This document shows, one piece after another, positions 50,957-60,254 of a stretch of 64,000 nt of DNA; positions within the stretch are counted from its first letter, which is position 1; every line of letters starts with the position of its first letter. Origin of the DNA: Candidatus Latescibacterota bacterium (GTDB lineage Bacteria > Latescibacterota > UBA2968); NCBI GenBank assembly GCA_965205975.1, contig OZ242195.1, positions 3,584,001-3,648,000 of the forward strand. Direction: 5' to 3'. The notes under the pieces are model-generated. The model worked only from the letters and a program-made list of their open reading frames with translations. It made no database searches and was not told where the DNA came from. Both the position numbers and the translations under genes were made by a program.

Positions 50957-53863
50957 TCACGAAGAAAAAGAAATATTATTCTCCGTATGCCGGCAAGAAA
51001 TATCATCATCCCCGCGAAAATTCCTACACCCCCAGAAAGCCCCATAGCGCCCCTTGCGCTGAACCATATCCGCGCCACATTTTGGACAAACAGGCATCCA
51101 CGAATCACAATCGGGATCCAGACATATTTTAAATCGCCCAACGCGCTGCATCGGATTGCCACACGCTTGACATCCGCTCTCAGTATGATTGCACAACGGA
51201 TAATTGCTACAACCGTAAAACGACTTACCCTGCACAGCAACAAGCGTACCCGTCTTGCACTTCACACAGCGAATACGCTCAAAAGACGCCTGCGTCAAAC
51301 TGGTCTCAAAATCATCCAGCGCCAACGGATATTTATTCTTCAACAACTCGACCAAAAACTCAGAAGCATTCGTCATATCGCCAATCAAATACACACGCTG
51401 TTTCGCGCGGGTCAGCGCGACATAAAACAAACGGCGCTCCTCCGAATATAGAAAAGGATCTAACGCAGGCAATAACGCTTCCAGCAAAGAATGAGAAGTC
51501 TTCTGAGAAGGAAAACCGTACTGACCGCGTTCAAGCCCTAACACCACCACATAATCCGCTTCCAAACCCTTCGCACCGTGAACCGTATTGCACGCAATAG
51601 ACAAAGTGGAAAACCGCTTCCTCAACATCATCATCTGCGTGTCATTGGGCAAGTTAAAACGAAACCTGCCCAACAAATAAACCGAACTCCCTTCTTCTGC
51701 CCGCTCGGCGACATGTGCCAGCACACGATCCAGCCGCTCATCAAGATCCTCCTCTGAACCGCGACGCCTCTTCTCGCGCAACAGCGAAACCGCAGAACCA
51801 TTGACCATCGCGTGCGTAGTCAACGACTTCTTAACCTGCGCCGGATTCTCAAGCACAAACCGGGAAGCCACATCGCAAATACTATTATTAAACCGAAACG
51901 TCTTATCCAGAACCGTAATTTTAGTAGCCCCAAATCTCGCCTCAAAATCCGTAGTAAACCGAATATCGCTACCCGTAAAGCGATAAATCGACTGCCAATC
52001 ATCCCCCACGCAAAACAGAGAACACGCATCAACAGACTCTCTCAGCACCCTGACCAGCCGCGCACGCGGCTCGGAAATATCCTGAAACTCATCCACCAGA
52101 ATATATCGCCAGGGCGAAACAAAGCGACCACTTTGCACATACGCGATTGCCTTGCCAATCATATCGTCAAAATCGATATGTTTATTTTTTTCCAAAAACG
52201 CATCGTATTTCTCATAAATCGGCACCACAATTTTCAAAGCCTGCTGCTGAACCAAACTCAGGTCATCGCCCTGGACAATCTCCTTCCACGGTTGATCTGG
52301 ACGAGGCAAATGGCTCTTATACCGCCTCAACAAATCCGCGAGTAACGGCGTCAAATCGCGAATCTCACCAAACTCCCTCAGCGTATCCAGCATCTCCTCA
52401 GGCGACCGCGGATTAAATTGCACCCCAGCCTCTGTTAATTTTTTATCCAAGCCCGTCAGCAAGCGACCTTCGGTATATTCGTAGTGAAAGGTCTCAATCA
52501 AGCGCGTCCCGTACTTCTCGTGAACTCCGCGCTTCCATGCCATCCCCGCGTGATACTTCTTCTTCCCCACAAAAGGTGCGGTATTGCCATCGCGGTCTAT
52601 ACCCCAGTGCTCCAGATAAATACCGCAATCCGGAAGATAAAAATCGGGTTGGTATTGCCGATAATCCTGTCCCCTCGTCTCATGCTCATAATCCGCCTCG
52701 TATTCATACGCCACACCCAGCATAAACAGATGATTGGCGATCCAGCACTCACCCAAACCCTTTACCATCTCCCCCTTCAACGTGCGAATCCCATTCGCAA
52801 AAATATATTCAAAGTATTCCCCCTGAGTTTTAAAATCAAAGGGATTGACCTCTTGATACCTGTAATAACCCAGATAATCCAGAACCCATTGTCTATAGCT
52901 GGGAATCTCAAGCAACGCCTCAAACCACTGATCCACATGCTTCTCCAGCAATGCGCCATCTGTTGCCAGAGGCGAAATCGAAGGCTGCGCCTTTTCAACC
53001 GAAGCAATAATATCCTTGCCCAGCTTGTGAAACGTACTCGCAACAACGCCTTTTTTGTCCACGCGCTCATCCAGCCGCTCCTGCATCTCTCGTGCCGCCT
53101 TATTCGCAAAAGCCAGCATGAGAACCTCATCGGGCTGTGCCTGCCCGCTCTCAACCAAAAAACCCGCGCGTCCCACCATCGCACTCGTCTTGCCAGTACC
53201 CGCACCAGCCAGCACCAGATTATTATCCTCATCTATCACACAGGCATCGCGCTGGCTCTCGCTCAGCGGATTGCTCTCCACCCCATCAAAAAAGGTCGAA
53301 AACTGGCCCTTGAGGCGACTGACATATTGAGCGCGAAAATCTTCCACCTCTTGATCACCCCAGTGTGCCACCTCCTGCACCAGCGAAAAATCAGCATGGC
53401 GATTGCGATCCAGATAGCCCACTGCTGGCACCTTGCGAAATTGATCGAGCATATCCCGCGCCATCGCCCTGATCTTCAACCAGCGAGAACGCCTCAAATA
53501 ACCCGCATTCAGCAATCTATTAATCTCCGCGGCACACCGCTTCACTTCTGACGCGAACTTTTGAGACTCCTCCAACCAATACCAATAATCCTCCAACCAG
53601 TCGAAAAACCCATCCACCTCTGCTTTACGCAACCCCTTCAACCGTTCCTCTCCGCGATCCGTCGGCAACACCAGCTCAAAAAACAGCCTCCCCTGGTGTA
53701 ATACATCTTCTCGCGTCAAATCTTCAGAGCATACGGCAAAGCGTTCACCCCTGGCCCTCTCCAAAATCAGACCATCAGATGAAATTAAAATCGTTGCCGT
53801 CCTCGCGCCCAAAAGACGCATCATCCAATGCGGAGTAATACTTTTGTTTTTAAGTGTATTCAT
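50957..53863 (-). CDS. helD: UvrD-family helicase (DNA helicase IV-like) with an internal nuclease-like domain and C-terminal topoisomerase-type Zn ribbons
   Basis: AGAGTGKT, STFH, VDEFQD, GDDWQSIYRF, TVHGAKGLE, EERRLFYVALTRA; C-terminal CxxC...FYGCSNYP.C and CPKCG...FWGC. Confidence 0.85.
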   Translation of the reverse strand: MNTLKNKSITPHWMMRLLGARTATILISSDGLILERARGERFAVCSEDLTREDVLHQGRLFFELVLPTDRGEERLKGLRKAEVDGFFDWLEDYWYWLEESQKFASEVKRCAAEINRLLNAGYLRRSRWLKIRAMARDMLDQFRKVPAVGYLDRNRHADFSLVQEVAHWGDQEVEDFRAQYVSRLKGQFSTFFDGVESNPLSESQRDACVIDEDNNLVLAGAGTGKTSAMVGRAGFLVESGQAQPDEVLMLAFANKAAREMQERLDERVDKKGVVASTFHKLGKDIIASVEKAQPSISPLATDGALLEKHVDQWFEALLEIPSYRQWVLDYLGYYRYQEVNPFDFKTQGEYFEYIFANGIRTLKGEMVKGLGECWIANHLFMLGVAYEYEADYEHETRGQDYRQYQPDFYLPDCGIYLEHWGIDRDGNTAPFVGKKKYHAGMAWKRGVHEKYGTRLIETFHYEYTEGRLLTGLDKKLTEAGVQFNPRSPEEMLDTLREFGEIRDLTPLLADLLRRYKSHLPRPDQPWKEIVQGDDLSLVQQQALKIVVPIYEKYDAFLEKNKHIDFDDMIGKAIAYVQSGRFVSPWRYILVDEFQDISEPRARLVRVLRESVDACSLFCVGDDWQSIYRFTGSDIRFTTDFEARFGATKITVLDKTFRFNNSICDVASRFVLENPAQVKKSLTTHAMVNGSAVSLLREKRRRGSEEDLDERLDRVLAHVAERAEEGSSVYLLGRFRFNLPNDTQMMMLRKRFSTLSIACNTVHGAKGLEADYVVVLGLERGQYGFPSQKTSHSLLEALLPALDPFLYSEERRLFYVALTRAKQRVYLIGDMTNASEFLVELLKNKYPLALDDFETSLTQASFERIRCVKCKTGTLVAVQGKSFYGCSNYPLCNHTESGCQACGNPMQRVGRFKICLDPDCDSWMPVCPKCGADMVQRKGRYGAFWGCRNFRGDDDISCRHTENNISFSS

Positions 53864-53944
53864 TCATCAATTCTCAAAAAAGAAAAGCCCCCTTGCTCAG
53901 GAGACTTTTCAAAAATAAATTAACTCTACAACGACATAAACCTT

Positions 53945-54005
53945 CTGGATCGCGGCTCAACATCATAGCCTGCCCCTGCATGCTTTAAGCAGGGGCCGCG
54001 ATGAC
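53945..54005. repeat. CTGGATCGCGG REP with nested 27-bp element
   Basis: ctggatcgcggctcaacatcatag[cctgcccctgcatgctttaagcagggg]ccgcgatgac. Confidence 0.8.
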
Positions 54006-54046
54006 GGCTGATGGTCCTTCTCACTTCATACTTTTCACTTCACACT

Positions 54047-54658
54047 TCAATCACCTATCTCATCAAACCCATTCACAACCCGACTGATCAACCCGTATTC
54101 CACAGCCTCATCGGGACTCATCCAATAGTCTCGATCCGTATCTTCCTCAATCTTTTCAAGTGGCTGACCGGTCTCATCGGCATACATCTCGTTAATCTTC
54201 TTCTTAATCTTCACGACCTCCTCAGCCGTGCGCCGCACATCTTCAGCCACCCCTTGAAACCGCATTGAGGGCTGATGAATCATAATGCGCGAATTTGGCA
54301 AAGCCAGCCGATCTTCCTTATCTGCCGCCAGCATAATCACCGTAGCCGCACTCGCCGACAAGCCCGCGCTGATCATCTTAACTCTGGGTCGGATAAACCG
54401 AATCATATCGTAAATCGCAAACCCATCGTACACACTACCACCGGGCGAATTGATAAAAATTTTAATCGGTTCTTCCGAATCTTCATGATCCAAAAACAGC
54501 AACTGCGCCGTCACCTTAGCCGTCAATTTGTGATCCACGGGATCGGAAATCAAAATCGTACGCGCATCTATCAATCCCTTGTTCAAAATACCATTTCTCG
54601 ATGCGCCGCCTTCCTCTTTATCCTCATCCTCGAGGATCACATCGTCCTCAAAAATCAT
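54047..54658 (-). CDS. clpP: ATP-dependent Clp protease proteolytic subunit
   Basis: INSPGGSV, AIYD, GLSASAA (Ser), IMIHQP (His), DRDYWM (Asp), YGLI. Confidence 0.93.
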   Translation of the reverse strand: MIFEDDVILEDEDKEEGGASRNGILNKGLIDARTILISDPVDHKLTAKVTAQLLFLDHEDSEEPIKIFINSPGGSVYDGFAIYDMIRFIRPRVKMISAGLSASAATVIMLAADKEDRLALPNSRIMIHQPSMRFQGVAEDVRRTAEEVVKIKKKINEMYADETGQPLEKIEEDTDRDYWMSPDEAVEYGLISRVVNGFDEIGD

Positions 54659-54711
54659 CCAATCCTCCAAAAAATAAACTGATGTTACGCATCTGCACAA
54701 TATAATGGACC

Positions 54712-54802
54712 TGTCATTTTGAGCGGAGCGGAGTCGAAAAATCTACGACCAACGTAGGTGGAACAGATGCTTCGGCTCCGTTCCACTCCGCTCAGCATGA
54801 CA
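54712..54802. repeat. TGTCAT..GAGCG...CTCAGCATGACA palindromic REP-like element
   Basis: tgtcattttgagcggagcgga ... ttccactccgctcagcatgaca terminal inverted repeat. Confidence 0.75.
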
Positions 54803-54904
54803 AACACCCAGACCTGCGTAACGTCAGTAATAAAAATCAAAAAACCCGTTATGTCCAATGGCTCAATTTATCCTATATCCCCATTTGAGTCAAGAGCCTT
54901 GCTA

Positions 54905-57900
54905 TTAATTTTTTGTCTCCAAACGCCTATCCGCCCTCACCAACTTTACCTCCACGCTCTTGCCGTCCTGACACGTAAAAGCCACCACCGTCTGATCCGA
55001 CTGAACCCTTGCGTCCACCAGATCATACGCACCATCCAAACGCCATTTTCCACGCACTGTCACCTCTACCTTCCGCGGCATACTCGCCTGATAGACAATT
55101 AGCGAACCGTCCTGCCGGTGCGGCGTCTGAATCTCCCAACGCCACCCAAAATCCGGATCAGCCACCGAAACCAATAATCCGTCGCCCACTTCGCGGGTCA
55201 TAACCAAACTCGGCAAAGACACAGACACAATAGCTCCATCTGTCGGCCTCGCATCCTTATCGAACAGCGCGTAACCCGTCGTCTTCATCCCCCTATGATG
55301 CACAATATGAGCCTTGTGATCTCGCTGCCACACATCGTATTCCGGTGAACGCGCAAACGCACTCACCCTATCCGGCGACCCCTGAACCAGCACGGCATAG
55401 TGATATGACGCACCCTGAGGCATAGGACCGTGATCCAAATACGCCAACTCAAAAATTCCTGTACCACCGCTATCTCTGCCATAATTTTTAGAAACTTGCA
55501 CCCCACGCTGCACCCGCAAATCGCCCCCATCTGGAACCACATACCCATTGCCCAATGAATCCATCACCCATGCCCTCTGCCCCGTCGTCCCCGAAAACGC
55601 ATAAGGAATCGCACCCACACGCTCCCCATTCACCCCCGTAGGACGGTCCTCAGAGATAGCCGCCTGAAACAGTGGCGTCACCGTCGCATGCCCCCCATCA
55701 TCATTCTCAATACCAGACCCCAGACAAACTATCACATCGTCAAAACAGAACACCGTCTTAACCGCACGAAAACTCGTATTGAATCTCGTATCGTGCAACT
55801 TCAGCGCGAACACGCCATCTTGCCCTTTCAGATTCACCCCACCCACAAAAGTCTCATCCGAAAAATTGCGATCGCGTCCCTCGTGTTTGAGTTGCTCATG
55901 GCTCAGGCGAATCACCGTCGTACCGGGCCACATACTCCAATCCCATCCATCTCGAACAATCCCACTCGCCTCGCGACCAACCGGATTGCCACTCGCGTAA
56001 ATCAGCATCGTCCCATAGCTCAAATAACGACCGAGCGGATTATTCCTCCCCGACGACTCGTAATCCCACACATATTTACCCCAGCCCTTCATACTCACCA
56101 TCCAGTCCCCACGCCGATGGATAGACAACGCACCATAAGGCAGAGTCCAGTGCCCCGAAGGTGGAGTAGCAGATGCATATCCCGCACTTGCAAAATCCGC
56201 CATCATCTGCATCGCACCCGGCGTGTGCAAATACATCAGCCGCACGGACACCCGCTGGAACAAATCTTCTATAAGCAACTGCGACTTCGGCTTCCAAAGC
56301 TGCATAAACGCGCCCGACAATTCCGCATCCACCGAAGGATAACTCAAAGCCACATACATATACGCCGGCAAAAGTTTGGTAGCCACCGCAGTATTCCGCG
56401 GAAAACGACCATTAACAGCCATTGAGATATCGTACGTATTCGCCATAATCCTGGACGTCAACAGCGCCTGCTTCAAATTATCGCGCTTATCATCTGCAAC
56501 CGCAAAAGGCGTATTGTGCAACAAATACACCAGAATTGAAGCCACATGAAAAGCATTTGGCGCATACCCACTCGCGTAAATCCCCCGATGGTGAAAACCC
56601 ACAAAATCCGGCTTAATCGTATCCAGCCACCCCGGCGCAATGTCCAGCGCATTATTGAGCCACGCGATATAGCAACGCATATTCGCCACCTTCTCAGGCG
56701 AATCATCCATCATCAAAATGCACAACAACCGATACATCGCCACCGAACGTATAAAATCTGCATTCGCGCCAGGCACCTGCGGATCCTCATACAACTCGCC
56801 AAACATGCTGAACCATTTCAGCGTCGCCAATTCCCGATCCAGTAACCCTTTGCTCTGCAAAACATCCCGCATCAAATACACCGCATGAGCATAGCCAGCA
56901 ACCCGCAAAAACTCGTGATGCATCGCGCCAACACCACTGCCGTCTGCCCAACCCTGATCGTGCAAATAATCGAACACATCCAGTGTCCGATCTCGGGCCT
57001 CCTCATTGCCATTCAACCGATAATCCAGCACCAGACGCAACAAAACACCCTGAAAAACACTCTGAAAAAGGGGTTCATAGGGCGACAACTCGGCAAACAG
57101 AGGCTTCCCCAAAATGCGATCACCCTCGCGTCGAATCTCGTAATCCGCCAGACTGCGATACCCGCGCCTTATGTAGGCTTCAAGCTCATTGAGCCTAATT
57201 TTCACAGGCCCCCGCTGGTCATCCTTCACCCCATCGCCCAGAACCCATACCTCATATCGCCGGGCAATCTTATCAAAAGCCTGTCTCTCATCATCGGTAA
57301 TCTCCGCAGGAAGTGGACCCGGCAACCTGTTTTGACGCCATCGATATTCACGGCTCCTATCAGCCCTCCTCGCATTGACAAAGGGAACCTGTGCATCTGG
57401 AGACCGCCTGGGGTGAATCCTCTCCACCAACTCCACCAGATCCAGATAAACAGCCCCGCTATTCGGTGCCCTGATTTCAAACGCCGTCACCCGTCCACTT
57501 CTCGCCCCCTCATAAGACCTGTTCCGCGCATCATCCCGTAAATGGATCCACATCGCCCGCCAGCCCGTAAAATTCAAGCCAAACTCAAACTGATAACGCG
57601 GATTATTTGCCCCCAACTCAGACTCTGTCCCAAACCCAAACGTCAGCACCTCATTGAGCGCCTCCTCATTGTACACCCACGCCCGAAACCCGGTCAGTGC
57701 CTTATTGCGTCCCGGCACGGGATCCGTGAACAAAAGCCGACTATTACTCTGCCATGCCCACTTCAGAGATTGCGCTCCCCCCTTATAACGCCTCGTCGAA
57801 AGCGACACCTCACTACCCGCATCTGCCCGATAGTATCCAGACCTCTCCTCAAAATCATAGCACCAGGGCATATCCTGCGCCATCGCCGCACTGGCCAGGC

Positions 57901-57943
57901 CAAGAGCGAAAATAACAATACAGCATTGCAAGTTCATACTCAT
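54905..57943 (-). CDS. Secreted PL8 polysaccharide lyase, chondroitinase ABC-like
   Basis: Signal peptide; GAQSLKWAW, FGLNFTGWRA (Lyase_N-like); DYLHDQGWADGS; IKPD..GFHH...Y..GY; NGRFP; GWDWSMWPGTT; FVGG; KTVFCFDD.IVCLGSGI. Confidence 0.88.
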   Translation of the reverse strand: MSMNLQCCIVIFALGLASAAMAQDMPWCYDFEERSGYYRADAGSEVSLSTRRYKGGAQSLKWAWQSNSRLLFTDPVPGRNKALTGFRAWVYNEEALNEVLTFGFGTESELGANNPRYQFEFGLNFTGWRAMWIHLRDDARNRSYEGARSGRVTAFEIRAPNSGAVYLDLVELVERIHPRRSPDAQVPFVNARRADRSREYRWRQNRLPGPLPAEITDDERQAFDKIARRYEVWVLGDGVKDDQRGPVKIRLNELEAYIRRGYRSLADYEIRREGDRILGKPLFAELSPYEPLFQSVFQGVLLRLVLDYRLNGNEEARDRTLDVFDYLHDQGWADGSGVGAMHHEFLRVAGYAHAVYLMRDVLQSKGLLDRELATLKWFSMFGELYEDPQVPGANADFIRSVAMYRLLCILMMDDSPEKVANMRCYIAWLNNALDIAPGWLDTIKPDFVGFHHRGIYASGYAPNAFHVASILVYLLHNTPFAVADDKRDNLKQALLTSRIMANTYDISMAVNGRFPRNTAVATKLLPAYMYVALSYPSVDAELSGAFMQLWKPKSQLLIEDLFQRVSVRLMYLHTPGAMQMMADFASAGYASATPPSGHWTLPYGALSIHRRGDWMVSMKGWGKYVWDYESSGRNNPLGRYLSYGTMLIYASGNPVGREASGIVRDGWDWSMWPGTTVIRLSHEQLKHEGRDRNFSDETFVGGVNLKGQDGVFALKLHDTRFNTSFRAVKTVFCFDDVIVCLGSGIENDDGGHATVTPLFQAAISEDRPTGVNGERVGAIPYAFSGTTGQRAWVMDSLGNGYVVPDGGDLRVQRGVQVSKNYGRDSGGTGIFELAYLDHGPMPQGASYHYAVLVQGSPDRVSAFARSPEYDVWQRDHKAHIVHHRGMKTTGYALFDKDARPTDGAIVSVSLPSLVMTREVGDGLLVSVADPDFGWRWEIQTPHRQDGSLIVYQASMPRKVEVTVRGKWRLDGAYDLVDARVQSDQTVVAFTCQDGKSVEVKLVRADRRLETKN

Positions 57944-57963
57944 ACCTCTAATACTATTTGAGA

Positions 57964-58017
57964 CTGGATCGCGGCTAAAGCATGTCCCGTAGTGATTCTA
58001 TACGGGGCCGCGATGAC
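57964..58017. repeat. CTGGATCGCGG REP with a variant nested 27-bp element
   Basis: ctggatcgcggctaaag[catgtcccgtagtgattctatacgggg]ccgcgatgac. Confidence 0.78.
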
Positions 58018-58034
58018 AACCAAAACCTTCTGAA

Positions 58035-59300
58035 TTACTGGCCTAATACCGGTGCATCCTCTGGCCTGGGAATATTCACGAACCAGGCAAAAACGGCAAC
58101 TATCAACACCGCTGGCGCCAGCGCGTAAAACGCGGGTGCATAAGACCCCGCAGAACTAAAAATAGACTCAATAAACCACGGACCTGTTGCAGAAGCCAAA
58201 ACCGCAAACACCTGTGCCGCCCCCTGAATCTTACCCAGATGAAGACGGCCAAAAATATCTGCCCACGCCGTAAAAAAAATCACCGAAACCACACCACCTG
58301 AAAACCCCAACAACCCCGCATGTGTCAGCGCTTGCCCCGGTGTTTTAAGCTGCGGAAACAAAAGCAAATAAAGACCAACCGCCAGCATCGCAATCGTCAT
58401 CAGCCTGCCCAAAGACCATCGGCGCGCCGCCCATCCCGCTGTAAAATTCCCCAACAACCCCGTCGCCATCAACACCGCCATCGCGTATTGAAACACCGTC
58501 TCATCAAACCCCAACTCCCCCAATATAGACTGATTGAACAGCATCACCCCCGCAATAACCAGATTGTAGAGCGCACTTCCCACAGCAAAAACATAAAAAG
58601 CCGGCGTCATCAACGCCTGTACGAGCGTAAATCCAACCACCGGCTCATCCGACTCATCATCTTTCACAACCTCGGTATCCAGCCCAATCGCCTCCGGGTC
58701 TCGACGAACAAATAGCAGACACAAACCGGCCAAAACCATCAGAATCCACCCCAGCCCCGACCACATAACCCGCCAACCCTGCTTGAGCACAACATCGCCA
58801 GCAACAACAATCGCAATCGCAAAACCCAGACTCATAAGCACGGCAAAAATACCCATCGCAACGCTCAACCGCCGCACAAACCACTTGCCAACCATCGTCA
58901 AACTCACCACAGACAGCGCGCTCTGCCCCACGCCCCGCATCAAAACCAACAACAAAAGCAAAAAACCAGCACCTGTCATCTGGCTAAAACCCAAAACCAC
59001 CAGACTCAGAACAAATAGCACCGCCGTCACAACAGCGCGCACCCCAAAGCGATCAATCGTTACCCCGCAGACCAAATTGAACAACGCCCCAAAAATCGTC
59101 GCCCAAAAATTCTTCTCGGCAAAATCGAGCCGGGAAATCCCCAGATCCGCGATCAAAGGCTCTGTAATCAAACCAATACCAACACTTCTGCCCGGTAGCG
59201 TAGCCACCATCGCAACCGCCGCAAAAATCAGAACCACCCAACCGTAATAAAACGGAGCGCGTGCGGGCAGCCCATTGCCAAAAATATTTTTCGAACTCAT
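58035..59300 (-). CDS. MFS transporter (OFA/MCT-like)
   Basis: FYYGWVV, GVTIDRFGVR motif A, KWF..R, DIFGRLHLGKIQG; about 12 TM segments. Confidence 0.9.
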   Translation of the reverse strand: MSSKNIFGNGLPARAPFYYGWVVLIFAAVAMVATLPGRSVGIGLITEPLIADLGISRLDFAEKNFWATIFGALFNLVCGVTIDRFGVRAVVTAVLFVLSLVVLGFSQMTGAGFLLLLLVLMRGVGQSALSVVSLTMVGKWFVRRLSVAMGIFAVLMSLGFAIAIVVAGDVVLKQGWRVMWSGLGWILMVLAGLCLLFVRRDPEAIGLDTEVVKDDESDEPVVGFTLVQALMTPAFYVFAVGSALYNLVIAGVMLFNQSILGELGFDETVFQYAMAVLMATGLLGNFTAGWAARRWSLGRLMTIAMLAVGLYLLLFPQLKTPGQALTHAGLLGFSGGVVSVIFFTAWADIFGRLHLGKIQGAAQVFAVLASATGPWFIESIFSSAGSYAPAFYALAPAVLIVAVFAWFVNIPRPEDAPVLGQ

Positions 59301-60118
59301 TCCACACACGCCTTGAGCTTTGCCAACCCCTCTTCTGCAGCCACAACAGACCCCTTTGCCCAATAACTCGGATTAAACAACTCCAGAGACAACATCCCCT
59401 CATATCCCACATTCTCAAACCCCGCCACAATCTCTGCCCATGGTGCCAACCCATCCCCCGGATAAACCCGATCCGCATCCGTTATGGTATCCCTGTCAGG
59501 CGAAGCTGGATAATCATTCACATGCACCAATCCCAACTTGCCCGGACCCAGATGTTCCAACCCGTGAAAGTGTCCACTCCCCTTGTACATATGATACACA
59601 TCCGCCAGCAGCACCGTATTGGGACGCCCGCATTCAGTCGCCACCAGCAAAGCCTCGCCCAGCGTACCCAGAGTCTGCGCAATACCCCAAAACTCCAGCA
59701 GCGGCTTCGCCTGAAACCCGGCAACCTCATCCATCAATTCCCCATAGCGACGCGCCACAGAAAACAAATCCACATCCCGGTCTCGAATCCCAAAAGGCGG
59801 AGCCGCGACATACGTACAATTGAGCGCATCCGCCATCTCAAAACAGCGACGCGCTTCCTCAAGCCCCTTTGCCCGCTCCTCATCCTCTGGCACTGACCAC
59901 TCAAAAAACGCGATCAAATTGACAATCTGAATCCCCCTATCCGCTGCCTTATCGCGTATCTCAAACAGCGACCCACCCCCTGCAACCCACGCATCAATTT
60001 CTGCCACCCACGGCTCAATCCCCTCATAACCCGCATCCGCCGCAATATCGATGGCATCGACCACAGAAACACCCTCATTGCGAATCGTGCTGGTATTCAA
60101 ACAATACGAAAAACCCAT
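59297..60118 (-). CDS. Sugar phosphate isomerase/epimerase (IolI-like TIM barrel)
   Basis: LNTSTI, GYEGIEPW, LEFWG, DVYH, VHVND, RVYPGDG, LSLELF. Confidence 0.88.
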   Translation of the reverse strand: MGFSYCLNTSTIRNEGVSVVDAIDIAADAGYEGIEPWVAEIDAWVAGGGSLFEIRDKAADRGIQIVNLIAFFEWSVPEDEERAKGLEEARRCFEMADALNCTYVAAPPFGIRDRDVDLFSVARRYGELMDEVAGFQAKPLLEFWGIAQTLGTLGEALLVATECGRPNTVLLADVYHMYKGSGHFHGLEHLGPGKLGLVHVNDYPASPDRDTITDADRVYPGDGLAPWAEIVAGFENVGYEGMLSLELFNPSYWAKGSVVAAEEGLAKLKACVE

Positions 60119-60180
60119 TTTTATTCTCCTCACACAAAGACACGAAGGGATAAAAAACGACCCGTTTTACCCCGCCCGCT

Positions 60181-60250
60181 CCGTCTATTCATCTGCGTCT
60201 ATCTGCGTAAAACGCTCAAATTACTCGCGTTTTTTCTGCGGATACTTCTG
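60181..60250. repeat. ACGCAGAT-family repeat, inverted relative to 6832-6890
   Basis: ttcatctgcgtctatctgcgt ... tctgcggatac. Confidence 0.6.
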
Positions 60251-60254
60251 TTTC

